A stretch of 64,000 nt of DNA from Octopus vulgaris (lineage: Eukaryota): assembly GCA_951406725.2 (NCBI GenBank), contig OX597835.1, forward strand, positions 20,646,001 through 20,710,000, written 5' to 3'. The translations under genes were made by a program, and so were the position numbers. Below, piece after piece: positions 39,081-52,789 of this stretch. The notes below the pieces were generated by a model. It made no database searches, had not been told where the DNA came from, and saw only the letters and a list, made by a program, of their open reading frames with translations. How positions within the stretch are numbered: the first letter of the stretch is position 1; each line of letters starts with the position of its first letter.

Positions 39081-39632
39081 GAGATAAATGACACAGGAAT
39101 CGATCATTTGAAATGTCGAATAAACTCGAGAGGGACATTAAATAATAAATAAAACGTAGCTGATATCCAGCGCTCCATGTTTGATAGTGTTTGAGCTGAG
39201 GCTTATCTGCTTCAAATCTTAATTTATTTCTTTGCCAACAATGATGCATTTAATTATGGATGGCGAAGTTTGCTGTTAGAGCAAATTTAGCCGCTCTCAA
39301 ACAATAGGTTTATCATTAGGTATCAACTAAGGCGAGTCGTAAAAGTGAAGCCATACAAATAGTCTCTACTTTAAATTCCTATGCATTAACTTTCTGACAA
39401 AGAAAAAAAAATGGGAGAAATGTATTGATGCTGTCCACGATATTCAGGAAAAAAAATCGGCAATTTGGCACACACAAGTTGTCTACTACATATGAACCGC
39501 TGGTTAGAGCCTTCAATAAGTTTAGAGCGAGATGCCCTGCTTCAGATCAGGTTCGGAAAGCTAATAAAAAGAAAACAAAGATAGAGAAATATTGAGCTAA
39601 AAGAGAATATAGTGGAATTATAATTACTTGTA

Positions 39633-39878
39633 TACTCTTTACTCTTCAACTTGTTTCAGTCATTTGATTGCGTCTATGCTGGAGCACCGCCTTTAGTCGC
39701 GCAAATCGACCCCGGGACTTACTTATTCTTTGTAAGCCCAGTACTTATTCTATCGGTCTCTTTTGCCGACCCGCTAAGTGACGGCGACGTAAACACACCA
39801 GCATCGTTTGTCAAGCAATGCTAGGGGGACAAACACAGACACACAAACATATATACACACACATACACACACACACAC

Positions 39879-39951
<73 letters not shown>

Positions 39952-40051
39952 CATATATACGACGAGCTTCTTTGTGTTTCCGTCTACCAAATCCACTCAC
40001 AAGTCTTTGGTTGGTAAGTTAGCTACTTACCACACAGCCACTCCTACGCCT
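39633..40051 (-). mobile_element. SINE family A with internal deletion
   Basis: Tail and head present; the CORE-like segment is missing near 40010. Confidence 0.78.
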
Positions 40052-41650
40052 ATATATGTACATGTATAACACAATTACTCTTCAATCCCTTTTCTTTCTA
40101 TTTTTTTAAATTCCTTGTAAGTATACTTTAATTAGGGAACATTCATACACATCTTTGATTAATCATGCATCCGAACTGCCTATAGTGCATTCCATAACAT
40201 TTCTAATAACAGATTGCTTGACAATATTTGCTTCCTAAGAATCGGCGTATGCTATGTTGACACAGTTCATTAGCGTGAATATTCGTTCAACGAATCATAA
40301 GGAACGTAGCACCAGAATGTTAAACCAATCATAAAATTGAATAACGAATAACATTTTGGATTTTGAAACCAAACATTTGTGCCTTTAACTTGCATTATTA
40401 TTGAGCAATTTTTTTCTGTAAACAACTAAATTGCCAGCTCTTAAGCGATAACCTCTCCATTAATCATCAAGTTCATTGAGAATGTTTGCTGGTTTTGGTC
40501 TCATAAACCACCTTTGTTTCTTATTTCTTTAGTTTAGAAAAATAAACGGCTTTACTGAAAGGAAACCATTTTCTTATTTGAATACATCTTCCAATAAGAA
40601 TTACAATTATCTTTTTTTCTTCTTCTATAACACTTATTTCATCATCAAACTATTTACTAATTAAATGAGCTATTGCATTAACTGCAATGTAAACATCATT
40701 AATATTTTTATAATTACTTTTATTGCTTGGATCAATTACTCATAATTTAATCGCTTTCAGTAATTAATCTTTAAAAAAGAAACTAAAGAGATTTTTGTAT
40801 TCTGTTCATGTCATTAAACCATATGCTGTCACCTAAAACCCTCTGACTGGCGTTCAACATTTTCTACCATCACATTCAACAGCACGTCCTAAAACAAAAA
40901 ATGTGCTTGCTTGCGTGACGGTTTACAATGTTGTGAGATCTCCAGGCACCATCAGCATTGTTAGCTTTTGATTAAATTCGCGAATAAAAATTAAAACATC
41001 TTTTTCTTTTTTTTCTCATATCGCTCTTAAAGCTGAAACGCGAGAAATCCATCTGCTTATGCAAATTAATGCTTCGAACGCACCTTGTTGCAGCGTCTTT
41101 TTAATGACACCAGATCTTTGTTTCTCTTGTTGCTCCGACGAAATAATACGTTCAACCTTTTAAGGAAAACTTCTAAATGTCTAAGAGAGAAGCTGATAAC
41201 TTTACTATCGCCAAGATCGAAAGCATAACAACAGAATTCCAAAACAAAACCAGAAAGAACATTATTTTGCAATAGCTTCTGGAACCTACTTTTGGAACCC
41301 ATCATCGAAGAACTACTTAGCTTGCGAATCTGAGGATATTTCCAAGATATATATTTCCTTCGACTACCAACATTTTGCTCTACTAAATATATTGACATGT
41401 TTTTTCTTCCGTTACTAGTGAAATATATTATATATTGTATCCGAAATGCCTTCAAAGTGTATCCATGTGAATATATTTGAAATGTTTCGAAATATATTTT
41501 CGTGTAAAATCTACATTCTTTTCATGTAAGAATGACTCTATATAATTGCACGTGTAAAAACAAAGACCCGTTCCAGACCCTAGGAATATGTGAACAATAT
41601 TATGCTTCTTGAAATAAGTGGAATGATGGAATTTTCTTCAAATATTGTAC

Positions 41651-41760
41651 CTCACTGCGTGGCACCTTGGGCAAGTGACTTCTACTATAGTCTCGGTCCG
41701 ACCAAAGCCTTGTGAGTGGATTTGGTAGACGGAAACTGAATAAGCCCGTCGTATATATGA

Positions 41761-41828
<68 letters not shown>

Positions 41829-42050
41829 GTATGTGTGTGTATGCATGTCTGTGTTTGTCCCCCTAACATTGCTTGACAACCGATGCTGGTGTTTACGTCC
41901 CCGTAACTTAGCGGTTCGGCAAAAGAGACCGATAGTATTATAAGTACTAGGCTTACAAAGAATAAGTCCTGGGGTCGATTTTCTCGACTAAAGGCGGTGC
42001 TCCAGCATGGCCGCAGTCAAATGACTGAAGCAAGTAAGAGAGTAAAGAGA
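41651..42050 (+). mobile_element. SINE family A, 5'-truncated
   Basis: Starts at CACTGCGTGGCACCTTGGGCAAG. Confidence 0.8.
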
Positions 42051-42699
42051 CTATGTGTTCAAGTGTATGTAAACATGTGTGCATGTATGCATGTATGTGT
42101 GGATGAATATATGCATGAATGTATCAATTCCAGTGTTATGATAGCGTGGGAAATTAAGAACTCTGGAGTTGATACTTTAAGTTCAACTCATTATTAGATT
42201 GGTACTTCGATGAATATCTTTTAAATGCTCACATTTTAAAAAATAATAACCAGATCAAATTTCATTTATTGAAGCAGAGATTTTCAATTAAATATCCTAT
42301 TATTTCATTTACTAACATTCGCTTCAACCGGGCGGTGAGCTGGCGGAATAGTAATGTAACAACAACAACAACAATAATGATGATAATAATGCTACTGATA
42401 ATAACAATGATAATAGTGATTTGCCTGGAGACAAACACACACATAGATGCGACAGCGTTTACATCCTTCTAACAGAAAATATACAATCCCATTACCAGTT
42501 CTAACACCGCCACCGCCAACGGCATCCCCGTCCTATAGGAAATAGCTCGGAGGTAATGCTATTTGGAGACGGCATGATGGTTCTGTCTTTCGTTTCCCTG
42601 TCTCTATCTCCCCCTGGCTGTCAATTCAATATCTGCCCCTTTTTGACACCTTCCAGGCGGCAGATCACGACATGAAATAATTTAATACTTCTCAAAATA

Positions 42700-43740
42700 A
42701 TTCTCCTACCCCACAGGAAAATGATGGTGCCTAGGACATCTGATCCTTACCCAAGGGACCAGACAACTGGTTGACCCAGTGCGCTGATAGCACGGCCCTG
42801 GATACCAACCATGGAAATAGCCCCAGTGACATTAGGTTCTGACACTGTGCTCGAAAAGTCTTTAAATCAGGACCAAGCTCCTTAAGAACCTGTAGCAAAT
42901 CAAACCAGGGTTATTCCCGAAACTGACGCTCAGGATCCACCACCAAACCTATCTCAAAGAAATATAAATACAAGACAGAAATGGATTAAGGATGAATATA
43001 TCGAAGTTAAGCATGCTCAGTCAACACTGAACCAGAAACATTAACCACACAATGGACCTACAATGCCTGGAGATGCAAAAACCCGCATAGCAGGCTGTGC
43101 ATAGACAGTAATAAACTAGGAGCTGTGAGAGGTGATATCCTAAAAATAAAAGACTAACTGACAAAGAGATTGACAAAATAATCAGACCAGTATAACACAC
43201 ACTCACTAATACCCACAGGCAAAAAGCTCTGAAAGCACGAACTTGAACCAGCAAATTAGGTACACAGAAACCTATGAAGGTGAACCATTTGTTGATACTA
43301 AAAACAGTAGGGATAATCGAGTCAGCAATGATCTGTTAGATGGAATACTAGAACAATATCTAATGCAATTACATCAACCTTTCCACGAAAGAGCCCCACT
43401 TCATAAATTATAGTAACAAAAACAGAAAAGTAACCAAAGAATGTGATCAAGCACTTGGAAAGTTGATCCAACTCCTTGACAATAGCAGAGAAAATTCCCT
43501 CGGAGTGATTTGATCAACTCCTCTACTCAGCTGCGTATGTTGCAACTCAGAAATGCGGTATTAAAATTAGCGATAGATAAAAAGGGTGCAAAGTACACAA
43601 GCAGCCTGCATGGATGAAAAGAATAAACCGGAAAATAATGCAACTAGGAGCTGATATATATTTTCTACTTGAAGCAAGCAATGGGAAAACTAATAAACCC
43701 AACAAATAATAAGAATAATACCTAAACATGATCTTTAGAA
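42700..43740 (+). pseudogene. Decayed N-terminal ORF region of an R4/Dong-like non-LTR element
   Basis: Broken frames give RQKWIKDEYIEV, TYNAWRCKNP...SNKLGAVRGDIL..KRLTDKEIDKI, QLLYSAAYVAT, PAWMKRINRKIMQLGADI, which resemble R4/Dong N-terminal motifs as recalled (not searched). Confidence 0.55.
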
Positions 43741-43816
43741 GAAAACATAGGACACAACCCCTTCCCCCAAATTTTCTGGCTTTGTGCCAAATTTTCTAAC
43801 CAGTATTCATTCCAAC

Positions 43817-44046
43817 CTATTTCTTTATTACCCACAAGGGGCTAAACATAGATGGGACAAACAAGGACAGACATAGGTATTAAGTCGATCCCATCGATCC
43901 CAGTGCGTAACTGGTACTTAATTTATCGACCCAGAAAGGATGAAAGGCAAAGTCGACCTCGGCAGAATTTGAACTCACAGCGTAACGACAGACGAAATAC
44001 GGCTACGCATTTCGCCCGGCGTGCTAACGTTTCTGCCAGCTCGCCA
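43817..44046 (-). mobile_element. SINE family C
   Basis: Full-length reverse-complement copy. Confidence 0.8.
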
Positions 44047-44416
44047 GTATTCATTCCAACCGTCAGGGAATTTCTTTAAATGGTATCGTAAGAAATTGCT
44101 ACATTAAGTCCTCCTTAGTATGAGACTGGTTGTGAAAATTCTCTCTGTTTAATCACGTGTTATGGTCATCTCTATAGATTTTCTATAGAGATTATAACCA
44201 GTACTGATCTTGTTACGATATTTCGTATCCGAGACATCAGCTGTAAACAAACAATGAGATCGAAGACGAAAAAATGGGCAATTCATTAATCTCTGTTAAA
44301 TGTTTGTTTGGTCTAGGAATGATTTCCTTTTAGATAAGCATCATTTTATATTGGAGTACAGACATTTTCAATTGAACATAGCGTTATTGTCTTCACTAAT
44401 ATACACATAATGTTTA

Positions 44417-44640
44417 AGGCGGTGAGCTGGCAGAATGGTGAACACGCCGGGCAAAAATGCTTATCGGAATTTCGACCGTCTTTACATTCTGACTCCAATT
44501 TCCACCAAGTTCGACTTTGCTTTTTATCTCTGCCGATGGTCGATGTAATAATTACAAGCTGAGCTGTGAGGTCGATACCTGCGACTTATATCCCATTCGA
44601 ACCGCCGCGACCTTGCTGGCGTTGAGTCAAAATTTGAGAC
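44417..44640 (+). mobile_element. Diverged SINE family C
   Basis: AGGCGGTGAGCTGGCAGAA head. Confidence 0.6.
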
Positions 44641-44647
44641 CAATATA

Positions 44648-44942
44648 TATTTCTTTATTGCCCACAAGGGACTAAACATAGAGGGGACAAACAAGGACAG
44701 ACAAAGGAATTAAGTCGATTATATCGACCCAGTGCGAAACTGGTACTTTATTTCTCGACCCCGAGAGAATGAAAGGCAAAGTCGACCCCGGCAGAATTTG
44801 AACTCAGAACGTAACGACAGACGAAATACCTATTTCTTTACTAACCACAAGGGGCTAAACACAGAGAGGACAAACAAGGACAGACAAAAGAATTAAGTCG
44901 ATTATATCAACCCAGTGCGAAACTGGTACTTTATTTATCGAC
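44648..44942 (-). mobile_element. Tandem head-less SINE family C dimer
   Basis: Two tails (44648 and ~44831) joined at ACGAAATACC|TATTTC. Confidence 0.75.
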
Positions 44943-45448
44943 TTTACATAGATGGACACTACGATAAATGGAGAAAAAATATTTTTTTTAAATGTCTGCA
45001 CGTATACTTTGTTCCCCCCTCCCCCGTCTCTTCGCCCTTATATCTAGTTTTGACTTGCTTTCTCGTAAGTGTTTACTCTCTCGCTTTTCAACGTTTAGTT
45101 TGCCGGCTTATAGTTACTGTGCCGCTCATTTCATCTAATCATTTTAATTTTGTTATTAGCATATCTCTCTCAGTCTCTATTCTCATGCGTTTTATTATGC
45201 TTTTTCTGCGAATGCGTGTGGACTTATTGTTATAATACCCAATGTGTTAACAGATTATTTCCAACAATTTATTCATCGTAATCATACATCATCCAGTCGA
45301 TCATTTTTCGGGGATGAATTAGTCATATTGGTTTATCGCTAGCTGCTTCATTTGCTCGCGATACGGCTGCAGATGATGGCAGTAGTTCGCTAACACAACT
45401 GATTGATCCCGGACGTTGACAGATTGTTGATTGTCTATCTATGGCTTA

Positions 45449-45680
45449 AGGCGGCGAGATGGCAGAAACGTTAGCACGCCGGGCGAAATGCGCAGCCGTA
45501 TTTCGTCTGCCGTTACGTTCTGGGTTCAAATTCCGCCGAAGTCGACTTTGCCTTTCATCCTTTCGTGGTCGATAAATTAAGTACCAGTTACGCACTGGGG
45601 GTCAATGTAACCGACTTAATCCCTTTGTATGTCCTTGTTTGACCCCTCTATGTTTAGCCCCTTGTGGGTAATAAAGAAAC
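45449..45680 (+). mobile_element. SINE family C
   Basis: Full-length copy. Confidence 0.82.
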
Positions 45681-47506
45681 ATATTGTCTATCCGGTCAGC
45701 ATCTGGTGATTTTCGCTATTTATTCACTATGTTAATCTGCAGAATTCGTTCACATCCAGCATGCTGCATCCCATGTCATCAACATAGCCGCTCTTCAAGT
45801 GGTTGCCAAGTGCTATGCACTGTCAATGGGCCACCCGTCATTTGGTCCGGGGTTATTTAGCCCCATATTCACCGACATCTATGTAGAATTTAATTCACTC
45901 ATATTTGGAACCCTGACTGGTGCTGTTACACTGTGTCAGAATAGACCTGGGAACAAACGTAGCTTAGAGATATCTCCACACTCCTGAAAATTCTGGAATT
46001 TCCGAACCAGAGCCTCGCTATCAGATGCAATTTAATGTCGTATGGGGTAGGAAAACTCTCAAATTATAAATTATCAAAGTATAAACTCCGAAAACCATTT
46101 TGTCTAAAAACTAGCATCGTTGGCCCTATTCCACATATCAACGCGAATAAAGTAGGGTATGCCATCACTTCTTAAGGGGTCAAACGAATGCGCATAATAA
46201 GTGCTGACAATTTTTTTTAATATCCACATTCAGCATGAAGCTTGACTGTGTCCCAGTACATGTCAGCAAATCATTTTCCTTGAAGCACGTGCATTAAGAG
46301 ATTTGTTTTGCATTCTAAAAATAGTTTATTTTTCATATTAATGACTTGTAGGGACATCGTATTTAGATAGTCGACCATAATATAGCACAAAGTATATTAA
46401 ACTCTTCGTAAGGCAATGCCCTGTTCGACGGTATTCGCGGTGCTGTTAAATCAATTGTTAATTTAACGTTATCTCTGCAAATTTCTATATAGAAATTATA
46501 CTGTGTACTGATTTATAACGAAATGTCATAACAAATCTTTCCTGGCTATAATTTCTTTTAAAATAACCTTAACATACGATTCTATACATCAAGTCAAGAA
46601 AGAAGTATTTTTTTATGTTTGATGAAGTAGAGTTACCAGTGAAACTTTAAATTGGAACATTTTAATCTTTAAACTAAGGCGCAAGAATTATGTTTTGATG
46701 GTAGAATCGAAATAGTAAAATGCATTTAATATGTCGGGATATTTTATAATGTTATTTTAGCGTTATTTTATTTGTTTCGAGATTATTTTAATCTTTGTGT
46801 TTATTTTTAGGAAAATCGAGAATATTTTAACTTGTGTCCACATAAATTCATTTGGTTCGGTAAAAATTGTAGAATCAATTGGTTAAATTGAAGCAGTAAT
46901 AGCAATGATTAATTTAATATATTTAGTGTAACAGAATATCTTAGCACATAGAAATTATTTTTACTTCCGATTTAAATTTATCTTGATTAATTGGAAAAAT
47001 TCTATGCAGTGTTTTCTAAACTAATATATGTCCAACTGAAGAATGTGACACACTTCAAAAGACAAAATACTTCAAAATCTTAATGTCTGATGACAGTTGG
47101 TGCTTTCAAATGGTTTCCTGTTTTTGATTAAGTTAGAATTAATTTTCATTTTATTTTGTGTGCGTATTTAGTCTTCTACGACTTCAGCCAACAGACTGCA
47201 GTCATTCTGAGCGTGGGTGATACGCATTTATAGACAATCATATCAACCTTGGAATTCGTTTCAGTGTGATAATTGTTTTTTTGGCTTCTATAGTGTGGTG
47301 CGAAAAGAAATTGCATGTTAATCCTAGAAAATAGAATTTTCCTGGTGAGAGCCACAATGAATGACAATATTCCTTGACTAAAAACCACCAAAAATCAGGG
47401 CAAAAGGAATATTTTGTCGGTTAATATTGTCCGATTAGTGAACACAATGCTCTCCACCGTCTCGAAAATAAATGACATATATTGCCCCCCATACCTTGAT
47501 AGGATG

Positions 47507-47752
47507 TGGAGGCACATAGCTTAGTGGTTAGAGCAGCAGACTCGCGAACAAGGGATCGCAGGTTCGAATCTCAAACCGGGAGATGTATGTTCATGAGCGA
47601 AACACCTAAGCTCCACGCGGCTCCAGCAAATGGTTATGGCGAACTTCTGCTGACTCTTTCGCCACAACTTTCTCTCACTCTTTCCTCCTGCATCATGCAG
47701 TTCACCTGCGACGGACCGGCGTCCCGTCCAGGTGGGGAACCTATACGCCAAG
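47507..47752 (+). mobile_element. SINE family B, tail type 3
   Basis: Diverged family B head; body ends CCTGCGACGGACCGGCGTCCCGTCCAGGTGGGG. Confidence 0.7.
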
Positions 47753-47849
47753 GATTTAATTAAAACATAAACACCAGTTATAACATATGCAGAACGATTT
47801 TAAGAAATTAAGTGAACAACTAAAGGGGAAAATGCAATAAAGAGAGGAT

Positions 47850-48068
47850 ATTGGTTTCTAATTAAAGCACAACACCAGCAAAATCGTGAGTGGATTTATG
47901 CCGATTACATCGACCTCCGGCGCTCGATCGAAACTTATTTTATCGACACCGAAAGGATGGCAGACAAAGTCAACCTCGGCGAAATTTGAACTCAGTATCT
48001 AAAGAAGGATGAAATACTATTAAGTATTTTCCCCGGCGTGCTAACGACCGTGGCAAGTTTCACCGCCT
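47850..48068 (-). mobile_element. Diverged SINE family C
   Basis: TTTTATCGAC.CCGAAAGGATG...TTTGAACTCAG...CGGCGTGCTAACG. Confidence 0.6.
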
Positions 48069-48125
48069 GAATGAACAGATGATATTGAAATTAATATATG
48101 AACAGATAAATTTATAGACATATAC

Positions 48126-48508
48126 CCTTTTACTTTTACTTGTTTCAGTCATTTGACTGCGGCCATGCTGGAGCACCGCCTTTAATCGAGAAAATCGACC
48201 CCGGGACTTATTCTTTTGTAAGCTCAGTACTTATTCTATCGGTCTCTTTTGCCGAACCGCTAAGTAACGGGGACATCAACACACCAGCATCGGTTGTCAA
48301 GGAATGCTAGGGGGACAAATACAGACATACAAACACACACACATATACATATATACGACGGGCTTCTTTCAGTTTCCGTCTACCAAATCCACTCACAAGG
48401 CTTTGGTCGGCCCGAGGTTATAGTAGAAGACACTTGCCCAAGGTGCCACGCAGTGGGACTGAACCCGGAACCATGTGGTTGGTAAACAAGCTACTTACCA
48501 CACAGCCA
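48126..48508 (-). mobile_element. SINE family A
   Basis: Reverse-complement copy with a short internal microsatellite. Confidence 0.85.
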
Positions 48509-49383
48509 TACACATATATGTATGAAAAAACGAAACTGTGGAATTGGTGTATCTTTTATGGAAAAATGTGTGGAATTTAGTATAAATGCTCGTGACTATA
48601 TATGTTTCAGTTTGAATCGATTGTTTTGGACACAGCATCAGCTTATAATCATAGAACCAATCGACCAGGGATGAGCACAGGCTGAACTGTAGTTTCTGTT
48701 TTGGTGCCGTTAGCAGAGGCCACTCTAATGCAAAAATTCATACCAGATTTTGGGCATGAGAATAACTGCTTCCTTTTCTCTCACCGGTCTCAACTTCCAC
48801 ACAAACGGTCTGGAGTAATACCGTTCCTATCTGACTCAATTATGAAAAGAAATATTAGATGTCACAACTAAAACAAAAAAGAAACATTTTCTTCTGGAAG
48901 CCTCGGCATAATAAAAGGCCATAGAAACAATTGCGTTAAAAACCAACCACATCAAAAGCAGTTGCTAATTAGTTAATATTAAAAAAGTAGAATAATCTAA
49001 ATCAGCAAATTCGTGCTGAACAATTATAATGCAAATCAGTGAAAAGTTGTATAGAATGCTGAGGTGAATGAGCGAATTTTGAATCCAGTTTTAGTTCGTT
49101 AAGCATCATAATGTAATAAGAGAGATCATTTTCACCCTTTTGTGCAAAATTCTCGAACGATTCTATTAGAATTTTAATTTCGCAACTATTCACATGGCTA
49201 TTAACTATTTTTCAGGTTATTAATGGCAACTTCATTCCAACAATAGCTTTGTGGTTTATTCAACTGCTTCTATCAACATTTTTTTTTTTTTTTTGCTTTA
49301 TTAGATACGTTCACATGTGTTTTCCAATCGCTGATAGCGAAATATATATTGCGTTTACAAATATACCCTTGTGAAAATATCTC

Positions 49384-49684
49384 AGGAATTTCGAATGAGA
49401 GTTTCGTGTGGAAATATAATTCGAAACACATAATTTTGAGATTTCTCTCATAAAGAAATAACTCTACATTACAACTTAGAAGCGTTCTGAGTTCGAATAT
49501 CGCAGAGGTCTATTTTGTGTTTCCTCCTTCCAGGAGGAATTTCGAATGAGAGTTTCGTGTGGAAATATAATTCGAAACACATAATTTTAGATTTCTCTCA
49601 TAAAGAAATAACTATACATTACCACTTAGAAACGTTCTGAGGTCGAATACCGCAGGGGTCTATCTTGTGTTTCCTCCTTCCAAG
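49384..49684 (+). repeat. Direct tandem duplication, 151-bp period
   Basis: AGGAATTTCGAATGAGAG at 49384 and 49535; the second unit runs into a decayed family C SINE (to ~49780). Confidence 0.88.
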
Positions 49685-51092
49685 GTCGATAAAATAAGTA
49701 CAATTTGATCACTGGGGGGTCGATGTAATCGACTTTACCCCTCCCCGAAAATTACTGGTCTTGTGCCAAAATTTGAAACCAGTATTTATATTTGATATAG
49801 ACGAACTTTAAGAAGATAATTGAAAAGTGCAAATAGAGTAAACACTTGGTACTGGATTCACATATTATTTCCCTGAAACCATGCAATTCTTTCTTAAACA
49901 GAATATATATTTGATTCAGTATCTAATAAAAATACACAGGATATTTATGGTACAAGCGACTTAGAGCATACATCCGCTCAATTAGGACTAACCTCAGTCT
50001 AAACAAAATGGAAAGCAAAAAACAGCAACAACAGCCAAAGATAAAGCAATCAACATTGTCATTATCATTATTGATACTTTGATCAACTCCACATATATGA
50101 TTTCTATAATTTTCATTCTCAAACATCGTAGCAAATTTACATAATTCCATAAATAGCGTCGTTCTCTATGGAAAAACATTTCTAATTTTATAAAAGTGGA
50201 ACAATCATTATAATCATCGATTCTAAAGTCATTAGATTTTTGCATTAAAAAATGTATGCATTGATGTCAACGAAGACTGTGTCTTTGGACTCATCTATCT
50301 CCACATTACTTACAAAATCATCTGGTTATGCTCACCGCTCTACCAATGGATTTAAATCTTTATAAATTTCGTAAGCATCAACTATAAATATTCATTTACT
50401 TTTTTCTTTCCTTTCCTTTCTTCGGAATTCCATAATATAAAGTACAAGACAAATAGTAGTACGAGGTGACAATCGTTTTATATTGATTAAATCGATTTAA
50501 TTCATTTACGTTTTCTACTAATCAGTCAAGAGTGCAGTGAACGAAGAAATATCATTTTCAGACCGTAGATTTGACAAACAAGACGGAAGATAAATTACAT
50601 TCACTCTGTGAATTGACAGGTTTCCTAAAACAGTCGCATGATCTGCCAGAAATAGCACCGAAATCGACATCAAATCACATTATTTTCAAAAGATATAAAG
50701 CATACAGGAAATTGTAATCAATGAATTCAAGGGACGATAATGAGTGGATGGGGAACGATCACAAGTCAGCTGAATCGCAAGTGACACCTATCATAAATTC
50801 TATGGAATTACGGTACGTTTACACAGGGTCTCTTCAGTTATAAGAAATAGCAGTTAAATCCCGATCAAATAACAAACTGCTATTATTTAGAAAATCGAAG
50901 AAAACCATTGGAAAAAAATATAGCATGAGATAAATAGCTCTTAACGAGAAGAAGGAAATAAAATTATTTTTATCGTATATCTTATTGTTCAGCTTCTAAT
51001 TTTGCTTAAACAACAAACACTATAAAATAGCCAATTAAACTGGAATATAATTAAGAAAATGAGCAGTTAACAATAGTAATATTTATATAGAA

Positions 51093-51471
51093 CTAGCAGT
51101 ATCGCCCGGCGTTGCTCGGGTTTGTAAGGGAAATAACTATATAAGCATTTTTAGAGAGTTATAGCCAAAAAATAGCAAAAAAATGCATTAAAAATGGAAA
51201 AAAAATGATGGCAATTTTTTTTTTAAATCGTTGACTCATCGTAGACATTTTTAGAGAGTTACTACCCTTATATAATAGCGAAAAAAATTATGGTATTTTT
51301 TTTTTTAAATCGTAGACTCATCGTAGACGCGCGCTAATACTCAGAAGGGCTCGATATGAATCACGACTATAAGATACCCGGTTTTGGTTAAACTGCACCG
51401 CAAAATGTGAGAGTAGTTAGGAATCTAAATCGTAGGAGACAGACACACAACTTCTCTTTTACATATAAAGA
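51093..51471 (-). mobile_element. Non-autonomous Helitron, family H1
   Basis: Reverse-complement relative of 28743-29149 with the same TC start, hairpin and CTAG|T end. Confidence 0.82.
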
Positions 51472-51552
51472 TATAATATAGTGTGAAACTGTGATATTCA
51501 TTATATTCATGTGGTATAAAGATAATATGGTATATATTTAATTATACTAATA

Positions 51553-51783
51553 ATCACCTTGATCACCTTGACCGACCAGTCCGTCAGGCGTTCATTTGAC
51601 ACCGCTGTCAACTCCTCTCTGGATCGCGCCTTTCTCATCCACGTGATCCCAATCATCCTCTTGAAATCGTAACTCCACCGTTCGTGGAGGTCTTCCGAGT
51701 GGTCTTTTCCGCTCACGCGGGTACCACTCGTCAACTGCGTGCGTCCATCGATTATCGGTGAGCCGGGCGACGTGTCCAGCCCC
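51553..51783 (-). mobile_element. 3' end of an RTE-clade LINE
   Basis: AGHVARLTDNRWTHAVDEWYPRERKRPLGRPP / RWSYDFKRMIGITWMRKARSREE; short tandem tail AAGGTGATCAAGGTGAT. Confidence 0.82.
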
Positions 51784-52149
51784 TCTATACTTGCTGTGTG
51801 TATACTAAGTATATAGATTTCAAATTTGGGCACAAAGCCCGAAATTTCGAGGAACGAGGCAAGTCAATTACATCGACCCCAGTGTTTAACTGGTATTTAT
51901 TTTATTGAAGCCGAAAGGACGAAAGGAAAAGTCGACGTACAATACTATGTAATCTCAAATTTCAAAACAAGCTCATAATTTTCTTGTTTTCTTAAACATT
52001 CTCAAGAACAATACTATGTGCAAAGCCAAATATATGACCCCCTAGGCATAACACCATGAACTTTTAACTAGTTGTCTCTTGAGGTCTCTGGATGAGATTT
52101 GGAGTCAACTTGTACAAATACAAAGACAAATAATAATAATAATAATAAC

Positions 52150-52208
<59 letters not shown>

Positions 52209-52209
<1 letters not shown>

Positions 52210-52546
52210 CGTGTATCTAAAAGAAATGGAGAAACTTTCAAAATACAAAGACCTGGAAATAGAGGTAACCAGAATGTGGAATCTAAAAACAGAAACAATT
52301 CCTATCATAGTAGGTGCATTAGGCATGATAAAAAATATTCAGACAAATACATAACAAAAACACCAGGACTTACAAACACATATAACATACAGAAAATTGC
52401 ACTACTAGGCACTGCACACATCCTACGCAGAACACTTTCCATACAATAACCATCAGAGCATCACAACAAATCACAGCACATACCCAAGGCACACAGAGCT
52501 GCGCTCGGTAGTGAAGTGAAAGCACACTATAAAAATAAAACTACTG
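52209..52546 (+). mobile_element. 3' fragment of R4/Dong-clade non-LTR retrotransposon
   Basis: LKEMEKLSKYKDLEIEVTRMWNLKTETIPIIVGALG / YITKTPGLTNTYNIQKIALLGTAHILRRTLSIQ*; (AAT)n on both sides; homologous to 10781-11151. Confidence 0.82.
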
Positions 52547-52789
52547 AATAATAATAATAATAATATTTATGTTGAATATAGATAATATAATGTGCAATTA
52601 ATAATATTAGACCGAACGCCATTATATTTCTGGATTAACCCTGGGAAATAATGGAATCAGTAAAATGTTTTACGAATGTATACAGTTTGGTCTAAAAGTG
52701 TTGTTACGGCATCTGATTCAAATATGTTCCACGAAAGTACAGAATATATGGCCATCTATACAACCACAACTCTTAAGTTAGCTGTGTAA

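Noticed and set aside
41066-41455. 129-aa non-repetitive ORF on the minus strand
   Set aside because: Non-ATG start, no recognisable domain and no splice evidence; compatible with chance. BLASTX or RNA-seq would be needed.
45890-46045. Possible old dispersed repeat fragment
   Set aside because: Only one copy in the window and no diagnostic termini.
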